Of a stretch of 64,000 bases of DNA, positions 8,636-18,566 are shown in pieces (position 1 is the first letter of the stretch; each line of letters opens with the position of its first letter). The stretch lies in contig CALHMG010000046.1 in the NCBI GenBank assembly GCA_938034705.1, positions 11,263 through 75,262 of the forward strand. The letters run 5' to 3'. The position numbers and the translations under genes are program-made. Below the pieces are notes generated by a model. That model saw only the letters and a program-made list of their open reading frames with translations, searched no databases and had not been told where the DNA came from. The stretch comes from an uncultured Gammaproteobacteria bacterium. Lineage in GTDB: Bacteria > Pseudomonadota > Gammaproteobacteria > Arenicellales > CALHMG01.

Positions 8636-10504
8636 ATGAATGTGAGAGCAATCTGCAGAAATCTGATGACGGGCACGGTCGCCCTGCTGGCGGTTGCGCT
8701 GTCGGGCCTGGCGAGTGCCGCAGAGGTTCGGGTGCCGATCAATCTCGACGCGGGCTTTCTCAATCGCGTTCTCATCAACAAAACTTTCCAGGGTGAAGAA
8801 GGCGTGGCAACGCCCTGGAACGACGGTACGGGATGCAACTACCTGGTTCTCAAGGATCCGGTCATCACGATCACCCAGGGCACCGTAGTACTGCTGTCGC
8901 GAGGCGAAGCAAGGGTTGGCAAGCCTCTTACCGAGTCGACCTGCCTCACCTTCCTCGACTGGAAAGGCTTTCTGCAAACCGAACAGGTACCGCGAATCGA
9001 TCCCGATGGCAGTCGCGTTCGCTTCAAGGTCACCGACTCGAAGCTGCTCGACGAAAACATGAAAGAACGGCTGAAGAGCAAGACGGTGTGGGGATGGGTC
9101 AAGCGACACGCCCACCCCGAGCTTGAAAAAGTAGAGCTGGACCTGTCGGCGGTTGTGCAGGATGTAGGCGATCTTCTGCCGGAGTTTCTGTCGTCCGTCG
9201 AAGCATCGCGAATGAAGTCACTGATCGATTCGATGCGCCTGGACGGCGTCAGGTACGGCGCAGACACCGTCATCACCGACCTTGTGATGACTCTGGAAGA
9301 TACCGGCACCACGCCTGTCGTCGATAACGACGCCGAGCCAACGCTGACCGAAGAGGAACTTGCACAATGGCAGGAGCGCTGGCAGGCGTGGGACTCGTTT
9401 GTCACGTACACCATCAAGGAACTGGCCGGCGCGTCCAGCTCACGCGCGACACGCAGTGAGCTGCTGTCGGTAATGCTGCAGGCGAGAATGGAGCTCGACT
9501 CCATGCTCGCTGAACCCGTGCATCTGGATCGAGATCCACTGCGGGAGCTGTTCACGCGATCGTGGCAGCGGCTGACACCCCTGATGCAAAACGTCAGTCA
9601 CAACGTGCCGACCAAATCGGCAATTCAGCTGTTTGGTTTTATCGCCGCAGGCGATGCACTGTCCGCGATGGATAAACTGGGTCCCGTCACGGGCATGGAG
9701 GTCTCCGTTGCCGGGTTGCGAAGACTGGCCCGCATGGTCGCTATGACCGAGAGCGCAACAGATCCGTTCAGCACCCGATCCGATGATGTAGACCCGGCGC
9801 TGCGCGAACTCTTCGACTTCGGACCACCGATACCGGTATCCGACGAACTCCCGCCACAGGGTATTCTCACCACGCTGATCTCGAACGCGTACGCTGATTT
9901 TTCAGTGGACAGACTGTTAGCCAAGCAGCTCAACAAAATTGTTGTCACGCCAAAGAACGCCCGCCAGTACGTGCCCATGGTGAGGCAGCTTCTCGACCAG
10001 ACACTCAACGCATCCTTGCGCAAGAATCCGCTCGATGAAGAATTCTTCGAGATCACCCGTCCGATGGTGCTTGCAACTGCGTGGCAGGAATCGTGCTTTC
10101 GACAGCACGTGCGACGCGGCGGCAAGATGGTGCCGCTGCGGTCGAAGGCCGGTGCGGTAGGCCTGATGCAGGTGCGCCCCAGCATCTGGCGCGGTTTCTA
10201 CGAACCTGCTTCCCTGAAAAACGACATTGGATACAACGCCCGAGCGGGCACCGAAATTCTTCTTCACTACATGCGCGACTACGTCATTGCCAAGGGGGAA
10301 CACAAACGCAGTGGCGGTCTGGACAACGTCGTTCGGGCGACCTACGCCACCTACAACGGCGGCCCGGGACACCTCAAGCGCTATCGGCGAAGTTCAACCT
10401 CGGGTAATCTGCGCAAAATCGACCAGGCGTTCTGGAACAAATTCGAAAAAATCCGCGGGGGCAATGACTCGGCGCCCCTCGCCTGTTTTGGCGTCAGCCC
10501 TTAA
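8636..10504 (+). CDS. secreted lytic transglycosylase (C-terminal SLT domain) with large N-terminal domain of unknown function
   Basis: 622 aa with signal peptide MNVRAICRNLMTGTVALLAVALSGLASAAE. The C-terminal ATAWQESCFRQ...GAVGLMQV...YNGGPG is the SLT catalytic Glu/GLMQ/YN signature. Confidence 0.8.
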   Translation: MNVRAICRNLMTGTVALLAVALSGLASAAEVRVPINLDAGFLNRVLINKTFQGEEGVATPWNDGTGCNYLVLKDPVITITQGTVVLLSRGEARVGKPLTESTCLTFLDWKGFLQTEQVPRIDPDGSRVRFKVTDSKLLDENMKERLKSKTVWGWVKRHAHPELEKVELDLSAVVQDVGDLLPEFLSSVEASRMKSLIDSMRLDGVRYGADTVITDLVMTLEDTGTTPVVDNDAEPTLTEEELAQWQERWQAWDSFVTYTIKELAGASSSRATRSELLSVMLQARMELDSMLAEPVHLDRDPLRELFTRSWQRLTPLMQNVSHNVPTKSAIQLFGFIAAGDALSAMDKLGPVTGMEVSVAGLRRLARMVAMTESATDPFSTRSDDVDPALRELFDFGPPIPVSDELPPQGILTTLISNAYADFSVDRLLAKQLNKIVVTPKNARQYVPMVRQLLDQTLNASLRKNPLDEEFFEITRPMVLATAWQESCFRQHVRRGGKMVPLRSKAGAVGLMQVRPSIWRGFYEPASLKNDIGYNARAGTEILLHYMRDYVIAKGEHKRSGGLDNVVRATYATYNGGPGHLKRYRRSSTSGNLRKIDQAFWNKFEKIRGGNDSAPLACFGVSP

Positions 10505-10734
10505 GCCACCGGGCTGACCCCAAGACCCTTTCAGAGCTGGTATCCCGGGGTCCATCTGACCCCCAGTCACACGGACCAACCGTGCATCAGCGGTGTCACA
10601 ACAGCGGTACTCATCGCGTACACTCGCAACTTCTCAGGGCAACCGTTGACTATCACCGGCAACAGAACCGTAGCTGCCTGATTTTCGTATCCGTTACGCA
10701 ACGATGTCGTGAACTGACCTTTCTGGACGCTTAA

Positions 10735-12069
10735 GTGAAATTCATCTTTCAACTCCTGCTGTGTGTGGTGCTTCTGGGCGCCGGCGTGGCCGGATTCCTG
10801 GTGCTGAAAAACGGCAAACTGCCATCGCGATCTGATGTGATTGAGTCACCCGCGGATGACGCATCCGGCGCGCAGGTGGCAAACGATGAAAGTGCCTCGG
10901 CAGGTGCCCCCGCTGCCCAATCTGAATCAAAGCCGGTAAAACCATGGCCCGTTGCGGTTGAAAACGTTGTCATAGCGGCGACCTCGCCCACGGTCGGAAT
11001 GTTCGGCACCGTTGAGACGCCGCGCGAAACAAACCTGACTGCGGCGGTTAACGCTGACGTCGTCGATGTCAACGCGCTGGAGGGCCAGCGGGTCGGCAAG
11101 GGCGAAGCGCTGGTCGAACTGGACGCCACCGACATCAGGCTGAACATTGCTCAACGCAAAGCCGAGCTGGCGGAGATCGACGCAAACGTTGCCGCGCAGC
11201 AGCGTCGTTATCAGGCCAACCTCGAGTCGCTGGAAGCGGAGCGTGAGCTGCTGCGACTCAGTCAAAATCAGCTTGAGCGTTACAGCAAACTTGCCAAGCG
11301 GCAGATCGGGACCCGAGCCGCGGCTGACGATGCCGCCCGTGTCGTCAAACAGCAGGAGCTCGCCATCACGACACGTCAGAACGCCATCGACGACCACGCA
11401 ACAACCATGGCGACCTTCGACGCGCGCCGCGCCCGTTCCCAGGCTCAGCTGGCCCAGTCAGAACGCGATCTGGATCGAACGTTGATCACCGCACCGTTCG
11501 CCGGTGTTCTCACAGCGGTCACCGTGTCGCCGGGCGATCGTGTTCGTTCGGGCGAACCGCTGATCACGCTGTATGACACAGACTTTGTCGAAGTGCGGGC
11601 GCAAATTCCCAATCGACATGTAGCCACGGTTCAGGAAGCTCTGGCTAACGGCGTGACGATCAACGCGACGGGCACCATCCAGGACACCACCACCGATCTT
11701 CGACTGGATCGACTCGCGGCAGTAGCGAAGGCCGGATCCGGTGGCGTGGATGCGCTGTTAAGGGTGACTGGCGGAACTGCGCCGGGTCTTGGGCGCACTA
11801 TCAACGTTGTGCTCAATCTGCCGCCCGTCGCCAATGCCTTCAGTACACCGGGCGCTGCTGTAGTCGACGGGTGCTGCGTTTTTGTGGTCCGCGACAACAA
11901 ACTGGTTCGCATATCAACCACGCGAGTTGGCGAGATCAAACAGGTGACCGGTGGCTCAAGGGTTTTGATGATCAGCGACGACATCAAAGACGGCGATCAG
12001 ATAGTCGTATCCCAGGTTCCTTCTGCGCGCGACGGACTCGTCGTGCAAGTGACGACGTCGACCGAGTAG
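10735..12069 (+). CDS. RND efflux pump periplasmic adaptor (membrane fusion protein)
   Basis: 444 aa with a GTG start and an N-terminal TM helix. It has a coiled-coil hairpin (AELAEIDANVAAQQRRYQANLESLEAERELLRL), then lipoyl/beta-barrel segments (ITAPFAGVLTAVTVSPGDRV). It sits immediately upstream of the RND permease. Confidence 0.8.
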   Translation: MKFIFQLLLCVVLLGAGVAGFLVLKNGKLPSRSDVIESPADDASGAQVANDESASAGAPAAQSESKPVKPWPVAVENVVIAATSPTVGMFGTVETPRETNLTAAVNADVVDVNALEGQRVGKGEALVELDATDIRLNIAQRKAELAEIDANVAAQQRRYQANLESLEAERELLRLSQNQLERYSKLAKRQIGTRAAADDAARVVKQQELAITTRQNAIDDHATTMATFDARRARSQAQLAQSERDLDRTLITAPFAGVLTAVTVSPGDRVRSGEPLITLYDTDFVEVRAQIPNRHVATVQEALANGVTINATGTIQDTTTDLRLDRLAAVAKAGSGGVDALLRVTGGTAPGLGRTINVVLNLPPVANAFSTPGAAVVDGCCVFVVRDNKLVRISTTRVGEIKQVTGGSRVLMISDDIKDGDQIVVSQVPSARDGLVVQVTTSTE

Positions 12070-12080
12070 CAGAACCCACG

Positions 12081-15000
12081 ATGGCATCGCACGAACAGTC
12101 AAAAGCGACCGACCTGCTCGGGATCTTTGTTCGCCACCCGGTGGCGGCAAACATGCTGATGGTGATCATGATCCTGGCGGGTGTCTGGGGTCTCAACCAG
12201 CTTAACCGTCAATTTTTCCCTGAGTTCAATCTTGATTTTGTGAACGTCCAGACCGTCTGGTCCGGAGCCACAGCAGAAGATGTCGAAAAATCGATTACCA
12301 ACTCAATAGAGCAGGCACTGCGGTCCACCGATGACGTCAAACAGATGACGTCGACATCGGCAGATGGCGTTTCCGCAGTAACGCTCGAGTTTGAAGAGGG
12401 AATCGATCTCAGTAGCGCCCTCGATGAGGTACGTCAGCAGGTTGACCGCATCAGCGGGCTGCCTTCAACGGCGGAACAAAGCGAAGTGTCGCGAATCGTT
12501 CGCTACGAGAACATCGCTCGCATATTGCTGTTCGGAGACGTACCGGAAAGTGAGCTTCGTTCACTTGCGTGGAAGTACGAACGCGAGCTGATAGATCGCG
12601 GTATCGCCAAAGCCGATCCAACGGGTCTGGCGGCCGGAGAAATCGCCATCCAGGTATCGTCGGCGAAGCTGCGTGAAGTTGGTCTGACGCTTGCTCAGGT
12701 AGCCTCTCGCGTTGCGGCGACCTCTCGCGACATCCCGGTTGGTAATGCCGGCAAGGATGAACTTGCAAGGCAGCTGCGTTTTGTCGCGCAGGGGCGCAGC
12801 GTTGCGGATTTTCAGGAGATGACCATTGCGGCCGGTGACGGCCAGATTGTTCGCCTTGGGGACATCGCCAACATCGAGCGAAGAGGCCGCGATAAACAGG
12901 TCACTCTCAGCTATCGCGGCAACCCCGCCGTCTCGCTGATTGTGCAGCGCGCGAGTGACGACGACACCCTGGCGGCGGCAGAAACCATCTCGCAATGGTA
13001 CGAACAGACCAAACCTGATTTACCCCAGGGTGTAGAAATGTTGATCTACACGGAAGACTGGAAGCTGCTGCGCGGTCGTATAAACGTACTGCTTAAAAAT
13101 GGTCTCTCGGGACTCGCTCTGGTCATTCTGATCCTGTTTCTGTTCCTGTCGGCCCGGGTCGCGTTCTGGGTGACCGTCGGCATTCCCATTTCGTTTCTGG
13201 CTACGTTGTTTGTGCTTTATCTCGTTGGCGGCTCGATCAACATGCTGAGTCTGTTCGCGCTGATCATGGCGCTGGGCATCATCGTTGATGACGCGATTGT
13301 TGTGGGTGAAAACGCGCTGGCGCAGTTCCAGGAAGGCAAAAGCCCCGTCGCTGCCGCTGAAGGTGGTGCGCGCAAAATGTTTGCGCCGGTGATGTCATCC
13401 TCGATTACGACCATTGCAGCATTCATGCCGCTGATGCTCGTCAGCGGCATTATTGGCTCGATACTCAAGAGCATCCCCGTCGTAATCATCTGCGTCATTA
13501 TCGCGTCGGTCATCGAGTCGTTCTACATACTGCCCGGACACCTGCGCCATACATTTGAGAGCGCCAAAGAGTGGCGACCCGGCAAGTTCAGAACCTGGTT
13601 CAACAATGCTTTTGACGCGTTTACGGAAAAATTCTTCAGGCGAGTCGTACGAGTCGCCGTTCGCTTCCGCTGGGCCACCTTCGCATCTGCCGTCGCAATC
13701 CTGATCATCACGATCGGCCTGATCGCTGGCCGTCACGTTGGATTTCGGTTTTTTCCAACGCCCGAAGGAACCATTATTTTTGCTAACGCGTCATTCGTTT
13801 CCGGCACGCCCAAGGCGACGGTAAAAAAATTCATGACGCAGATGGAAAACGATCTCTACGAACTGGAGGTTGAGCTCGATGAGAAATTTGTTGTCATCAC
13901 TACGGTTAATCACGGCACAACGATCGATCCGGCTGACCGAGGCGGGAACACTATCGGAGACCAGTTCGGCTCAATTCTTGTTGAACTGAAAGACGCCGAC
14001 TTCAGAAGCGTTCGCAACGCCGACATTATCGAAATGTGGCGCGAGCGGATTCAGGATCCTCCGGGTATTGAGAACATCAATATTGTGGAACCCCAGGTAG
14101 GTCCACCGGGACGTGATCTGGAGTTCAGACTGACCGGTGACGATATCGACATCGTCAAAGCGGCATCACTGGATCTTCAGCAATACCTCAATTCGATAAC
14201 GGGCGTCGCCGCGGTCAGCGACGATCTGCCGTTTGGACGCCAGCAGCTGATTCTTGAGCTGACACCGCTCGCTCAGAATCTGGGGCTCACGGTGGAGACG
14301 GTCAGTCAGCAGCTACGGGCCGGATTCGACGGCTTCAAGGTCCAGGAATTTCCGGAGGGAAATGACGATATTGAAGTTCGTGTCGTCCTGCCCGATGACG
14401 AACGTGGTGACATCGGCGCACTGGAAAACCTGAGCATCGCGGTCGCCGGCGGTGCCAGCATTCCGCTTTCCAACGTTGTCAGCATAAGCCAGCGTCAGGG
14501 CTTTGAGGCCGTCAGGCACGCGGATGGCAAGCTTGCCGTTACCGTGGGCGGCAGCGTGAATCCAAAACTCGCCAACGAAAATGATATTCGCGCGAAAGTC
14601 GTCGCCAACAAAATGCCCGAACTGATCGAACGCTACGGCATCCGTTACTCACAGGAGGGACGTGCGGCCGATCAGGAAAAAACACTTGCCGACATGAAAC
14701 TGGGAGCACTGCTCGCTCTGTCCATCATCTATATCGTGCTGACATGGGTGTTCGGTTCCTACGGCTGGCCCCTGGTCGTGATGGCCGTGATTCCGTTCGG
14801 CATCGTTGGCGCGATCTGGGGGCACTGGTGGATGGGAATCGATGTCACGCTGCTCTCGCTGTTCGGGTTTTTCGGGTTGTCCGGAATCGTGGTTAATGAC
14901 TCCATTGTTCTCGTGGTTTTTTACAAGGAACTGAAAGAGAAGACCGCGAATTTCAATGAAGCGATCGTTGAGGCAGCGTGCAAACGCCTGCGCGCAGTCC

Positions 15001-15233
15001 TGCTGACGTCGCTGACAACCATTGCCGGCCTGCTGCCGCTGCTTTTCGAAAAGTCTCTCCAGGCGCAGTTCCTGATTCCCATGGCGACCACCATCGCGTT
15101 TGGTCTCGCCTTCGCGACACTGCTCGTTCTGGTGCTGATTCCGGCACTGCTCTCCATCCACGAATCGATTCACGACAAACTGGGTTGGGTACGGTCCCGA
15201 TTTCGGCGCCCGGATTCCACCACCGCGGCCTGA
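12081..15233 (+). CDS. RND family efflux transporter permease (AcrB/HAE type)
   Basis: 1,050 aa from the ATG at 12081 (MASHEQSKATDLLGIFVRHPVAANMLMV..). The ORF-track extension to 11871 overlaps the MFP gene in another frame. It has the 12-TM pattern with two large periplasmic loops, plus ALGIIVDDAIVV and GLSGIVVNDSIVL motifs. Confidence 0.9.
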   Translation: MASHEQSKATDLLGIFVRHPVAANMLMVIMILAGVWGLNQLNRQFFPEFNLDFVNVQTVWSGATAEDVEKSITNSIEQALRSTDDVKQMTSTSADGVSAVTLEFEEGIDLSSALDEVRQQVDRISGLPSTAEQSEVSRIVRYENIARILLFGDVPESELRSLAWKYERELIDRGIAKADPTGLAAGEIAIQVSSAKLREVGLTLAQVASRVAATSRDIPVGNAGKDELARQLRFVAQGRSVADFQEMTIAAGDGQIVRLGDIANIERRGRDKQVTLSYRGNPAVSLIVQRASDDDTLAAAETISQWYEQTKPDLPQGVEMLIYTEDWKLLRGRINVLLKNGLSGLALVILILFLFLSARVAFWVTVGIPISFLATLFVLYLVGGSINMLSLFALIMALGIIVDDAIVVGENALAQFQEGKSPVAAAEGGARKMFAPVMSSSITTIAAFMPLMLVSGIIGSILKSIPVVIICVIIASVIESFYILPGHLRHTFESAKEWRPGKFRTWFNNAFDAFTEKFFRRVVRVAVRFRWATFASAVAILIITIGLIAGRHVGFRFFPTPEGTIIFANASFVSGTPKATVKKFMTQMENDLYELEVELDEKFVVITTVNHGTTIDPADRGGNTIGDQFGSILVELKDADFRSVRNADIIEMWRERIQDPPGIENINIVEPQVGPPGRDLEFRLTGDDIDIVKAASLDLQQYLNSITGVAAVSDDLPFGRQQLILELTPLAQNLGLTVETVSQQLRAGFDGFKVQEFPEGNDDIEVRVVLPDDERGDIGALENLSIAVAGGASIPLSNVVSISQRQGFEAVRHADGKLAVTVGGSVNPKLANENDIRAKVVANKMPELIERYGIRYSQEGRAADQEKTLADMKLGALLALSIIYIVLTWVFGSYGWPLVVMAVIPFGIVGAIWGHWWMGIDVTLLSLFGFFGLSGIVVNDSIVLVVFYKELKEKTANFNEAIVEAACKRLRAVLLTSLTTIAGLLPLLFEKSLQAQFLIPMATTIAFGLAFATLLVLVLIPALLSIHESIHDKLGWVRSRFRRPDSTTAA

Positions 15234-15355
15234 AGCACGGCCCGGGCAGCCGGGGCCGATGACGCCTGCGGAATAGTCGCGGGTATTTGCCCACGATGTC
15301 TGGCGACTTATAGTGAGGGCACCATCCTTGCCCTGCTATCCATAAGGAACCGCCA

Positions 15356-16264
15356 ATGTCACTCAACATGAATCGCGACGTCTTTATCACCTGTGCCGTG
15401 ACGGGCTCTGGCGATACCGCAGACAAATCCGAGCACGTCCCGCGCACGCCGGAACAGATTGCAAACTCGGCGCTTGATGCCGCGCGCGCCGGCGCCGCGG
15501 TTGTGCACTGTCACGTGCGAAACCCCGACGGTAGTCCTTCACGTGATCCAAAAATGTTTCGTGAAGTTGTCGACCGCATTCGCGATTCGGATCAGGATGT
15601 CGTGGTCAATCTCACCGCCGGTATGGGCGGCGATCTCACGCTTGGTTCGGTGGAACAGCCGTTACCACCCGATCCGCAGGGAACCGATCTTGCCGGCGCA
15701 ACCGAGCGCATGGAACATGTCGCCCAATGTCTGCCCGAAATCTGCACGCTCGATTGTGGAACGATGAACTTCGGTGAAGGCGACTACATCATGACAAACA
15801 CGCCATCGACTCTTCGGGAAATGGCGAGACAGATGCAGGCACTGGGCGTTCGCCCGGAGGTGGAAGTTTTCGAAACCGGCCACCTGGCTTTCACCAAGCA
15901 GCTGGTCAGCGAAGGGTTAATCGACGATCCCGTGATGGTTCAGCTTTGCATGGGAATCCCGTGGGGCGCGCCCGATGACCCACTCACGCTGATGTCCATG
16001 ATCCACAACATGCCGGCGGGCTGGACGTTTTCGGCCTTCTCAATCGGCCGCAACCAGATGCCGTACGCGGCGATGGCGGCGCTTGCCGGCGGCAACGTGC
16101 GGGTCGGACTTGAAGACAATCTTTATCTTTCCAAAGGCGTCAAGGCGACTAACGCCCAGCTGGTCGAGCGCGCGGTCACCATCATCGAAGCCATGGGAGC
16201 GCGTATCGTCGGTCCCGAAGAGGTACGCCAGAATCTCAAACTGACCAAGAGGGCACCGGCATGA
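15356..16264 (+). CDS. beta-keto acid cleavage enzyme (BKACE / DUF849; 3-keto-5-aminohexanoate cleavage family)
   Basis: 302 aa. FITCAVTGSGDT...VVHCHVRNPDG...VNLTAGMGG are typical of the BKACE TIM-barrel family. Confidence 0.85.
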   Translation: MSLNMNRDVFITCAVTGSGDTADKSEHVPRTPEQIANSALDAARAGAAVVHCHVRNPDGSPSRDPKMFREVVDRIRDSDQDVVVNLTAGMGGDLTLGSVEQPLPPDPQGTDLAGATERMEHVAQCLPEICTLDCGTMNFGEGDYIMTNTPSTLREMARQMQALGVRPEVEVFETGHLAFTKQLVSEGLIDDPVMVQLCMGIPWGAPDDPLTLMSMIHNMPAGWTFSAFSIGRNQMPYAAMAALAGGNVRVGLEDNLYLSKGVKATNAQLVERAVTIIEAMGARIVGPEEVRQNLKLTKRAPA

Positions 16265-17250
16265 GCTTGCCCTCTACCGTCGGAATTATCGGCGGCGGCG
16301 TTATTGGCGGGGCGTGGGCCGCACGGTTTTCGCTCAATGGCGTAGACGCCAGGGTCTATGATCCGGATCCGGAGGCCGAGAGAAAGATTGACGAAGTCAT
16401 GACCAACGCACGACATGCGATGGGCGAACTCGTCGGCGATCTGGCACCAGCACCCGGCTCAATTACCGTTGTCGACACGCTGGAACAGGCGGTCGATGGT
16501 GTCGGGTACATCCAGGAGGCCGCGCCCGAGCGCATCGAGCTGAAGATAAAGCTGTTCGCGGAACTCGACGCCCTGGTGCCAAGCGACGTACTCATCGGTT
16601 CATCGACGTCGGGTCTGCTGCCATCGCAGATGCAAAGTGAGATGAAACACCCGGAACGTCTGATCGTTGCGCACCCTTTTAACCCGGTCTACCTGCTTCC
16701 TCTCGTTGAACTCGTCGGTGGAGAAAAAACGGACCCGCGCAATCTCGACAAAGCCGCGACGATGTTTCGTGAAATCGGGATGCACCCGCTGACGGTCAAA
16801 AAGGAAATCGAGGCCTTTATCGCCGACAGATTGATGGAGGCGCTGTGGCGCGAGGCGCTCTGGCTGGTCAAGGACGGGGTCGCGACTGCGCAAGACGTCG
16901 ACGACGCGATTCGATACGGCTGTGGGCTCCGATGGGCCCAGATGGGAACGTTTCAGACGTTTGACATCGCCGGCGGCGAAGCCGGCATGCGACATTTTCT
17001 GGCGCAGTTTGGTCCGGCACTGAAATGGCCGTGGACCAAGCTGATGGACACACCGGAAATGAACGAAGAACTTATCGACAAAATTGCAGAGCAGGTTGAA
17101 GACCAGGCGGACGGACGGGGTTTTCGCGAACTCGAACGAATTCGCGACGATAACCTGGTTGCGATCATGCACGCGCTCAAGGATCACCGCTGGGGAGCGG
17201 GTCAAACTCTCGCAGATTACGAGAGTACCCTGGCCTCGAAACGGGACTAG
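16261..17250 (+). CDS. 3-hydroxyacyl-CoA dehydrogenase family protein, L-carnitine dehydrogenase-like
   Basis: 329 aa with an ATGA overlap with the BKACE gene. VGIIGGGVIGGAWAARFSLNGVDARVYDPDPEAERK is a NAD Rossmann fold resembling carnitine dehydrogenases, followed by the HADH C-terminal domain (FIADRLMEALWREALWLV). Confidence 0.7.
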   Translation: MSLPSTVGIIGGGVIGGAWAARFSLNGVDARVYDPDPEAERKIDEVMTNARHAMGELVGDLAPAPGSITVVDTLEQAVDGVGYIQEAAPERIELKIKLFAELDALVPSDVLIGSSTSGLLPSQMQSEMKHPERLIVAHPFNPVYLLPLVELVGGEKTDPRNLDKAATMFREIGMHPLTVKKEIEAFIADRLMEALWREALWLVKDGVATAQDVDDAIRYGCGLRWAQMGTFQTFDIAGGEAGMRHFLAQFGPALKWPWTKLMDTPEMNEELIDKIAEQVEDQADGRGFRELERIRDDNLVAIMHALKDHRWGAGQTLADYESTLASKRD

Positions 17251-17290
17251 TCTTCTCTCGCCGCAGTTTTATCAACAGCTCTGACGAACA

Positions 17291-17328
17291 AGTGAACCTC
17301 AAAAAGTGAACCTCAGAATAGTGAACCT
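17291..17328 (+). repeat. three direct copies of AGTGAACCT (spacing 14 and 15 nt) ending at the ATG of the acyl-CoA dehydrogenase gene
   Basis: Read directly: AGTGAACCT at 17291-17299, 17305-17313 and 17320-17328. The ATG is at 17329. Confidence 0.8.
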
Positions 17329-18489
17329 ATGGACTTTGCCTTAACGCAAGAACAGGAAATGCTCGTCGACACGGTGAGGAGCTTTTGTGAAAACGAGCTC
17401 TACCCGCTTGAAGATGAAGTCGAGCGACTGGGAACGGTGCCAATCGAGATCGGCAACGAGATCAAACAAAAAGTCATTGATCTCGGGTTTTATGCGGCCA
17501 ACTTTCCCGAGGAACTCGGTGGTGGTGGATTGAACCACCTCGAGTTTGCGCTGCTCGAACGTGAGCTCGGGCGCGCCTCGATGGCACTGAATCATTTTTT
17601 CGGGCGACCCCAGAATATTCTGATGGCGTGTACGGCCGAGCAGAGGGAGCGTTATCTCATTCCGGCAATAAAGGGCGAGAGAATGGATGCGCTCGCCATG
17701 ACCGAACCCGATGCGGGTTCAGACATCCGCAGCATGAAGTGCGCGGCGGTTCGCGACGGCGATGACTGGATCATCAATGGCTCCAAGCATTTTATCTCCG
17801 GGGCGGAACACGCGGATTTCATTATCGTCTTTGTCGCGACCGGCGAAGACGAAACGCCTCGAGGACCCAAAAAGCGGATCACCACCTTTCTGGTTGATCG
17901 AGGCACGCCGGGATTCCAGATCCTGCCAGGCTATGAATCGGTAAGTCATCGCGGTTATCCAAACAACATCCTGACTTTTGACAACTGCAGACTTCCGTCG
18001 ACACAGGTTCTCGGTGAGGTCGACGGCGGATTCGATGTCATGAACGAGTGGCTCTACGCAACGCGGATTACCGTTGCAACGATGTCCGTTGGACGTGCGC
18101 GCCGGGTCTTTGACATGGCGCTCGGATACGCCGCCGAACGCAAACAGTTCGGCCAGACAATCGGCCGGTTTCAGGGTATCGGTTTCAAAATTGCCGACAT
18201 GATCACCGAAATAGATGCAGCCGACTGGCTCACGCTGGCAGCAGCGTGGCGCCTCGACAAGGGTCTGGACGCCAATCGCGAGATCGCGTCGGCAAAGGTG
18301 TATGCCACTGAAATGCTGGCGCGGGTCTGTGATGAGGCGATCCAGATTCATGGCGGTATGGGTTTGATGAACGACCTTCCCCTGGAACGGTTCTGGCGCG
18401 ACGCGCGGGTGGAACGAATCTGGGACGGCACGTCGGAAATTCAACGACATATCATCAGTCGTGAGTTACTTCGCCCGCTCGGTTCGTAG
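17329..18489 (+). CDS. acyl-CoA dehydrogenase
   Basis: 386 aa. MDFALTQEQEMLVDTVRSF is a classical ACAD N-terminus. It also has MTEPDAGSD, and QIHGGMGLMNDLPLERFWRDARV with the catalytic region. Confidence 0.9.
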   Translation: MDFALTQEQEMLVDTVRSFCENELYPLEDEVERLGTVPIEIGNEIKQKVIDLGFYAANFPEELGGGGLNHLEFALLERELGRASMALNHFFGRPQNILMACTAEQRERYLIPAIKGERMDALAMTEPDAGSDIRSMKCAAVRDGDDWIINGSKHFISGAEHADFIIVFVATGEDETPRGPKKRITTFLVDRGTPGFQILPGYESVSHRGYPNNILTFDNCRLPSTQVLGEVDGGFDVMNEWLYATRITVATMSVGRARRVFDMALGYAAERKQFGQTIGRFQGIGFKIADMITEIDAADWLTLAAAWRLDKGLDANREIASAKVYATEMLARVCDEAIQIHGGMGLMNDLPLERFWRDARVERIWDGTSEIQRHIISRELLRPLGS

Positions 18490-18566
18490 CGTTGATGCAA
18501 TCGCGATATCGACAGTCGCCAGCGTACGTTCGATCAGCGCGGCAGGAAACTTAAGAAAAATCTGAC

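Noticed and set aside
11871-12080. Long N-terminal extensions in the ORF track. Affected ORFs are RND 11871, GGDEF-EAL to 6097, NUDIX to 39064, ester cyclase to 39429, cytochrome c4 to 43424, engB from 43476, LOG from 47390, thrB from 48788, photolyase to 35761, FAH from 35857, folA ORF to 30137 and the giant gene to 58808.
   Set aside because: The extensions overlap neighbouring genes or are Arg/Cys-rich nonsense. Internal ATG (or, for folA, TTG) starts give N-termini matching the respective families.
16600-18450. Minus-strand ORFs of 201 and 243 aa (16600-17205, 17719-18450) inside the dehydrogenase and ACAD genes.
   Set aside because: They are antisense to genes with strong family signatures and have no motifs of their own.
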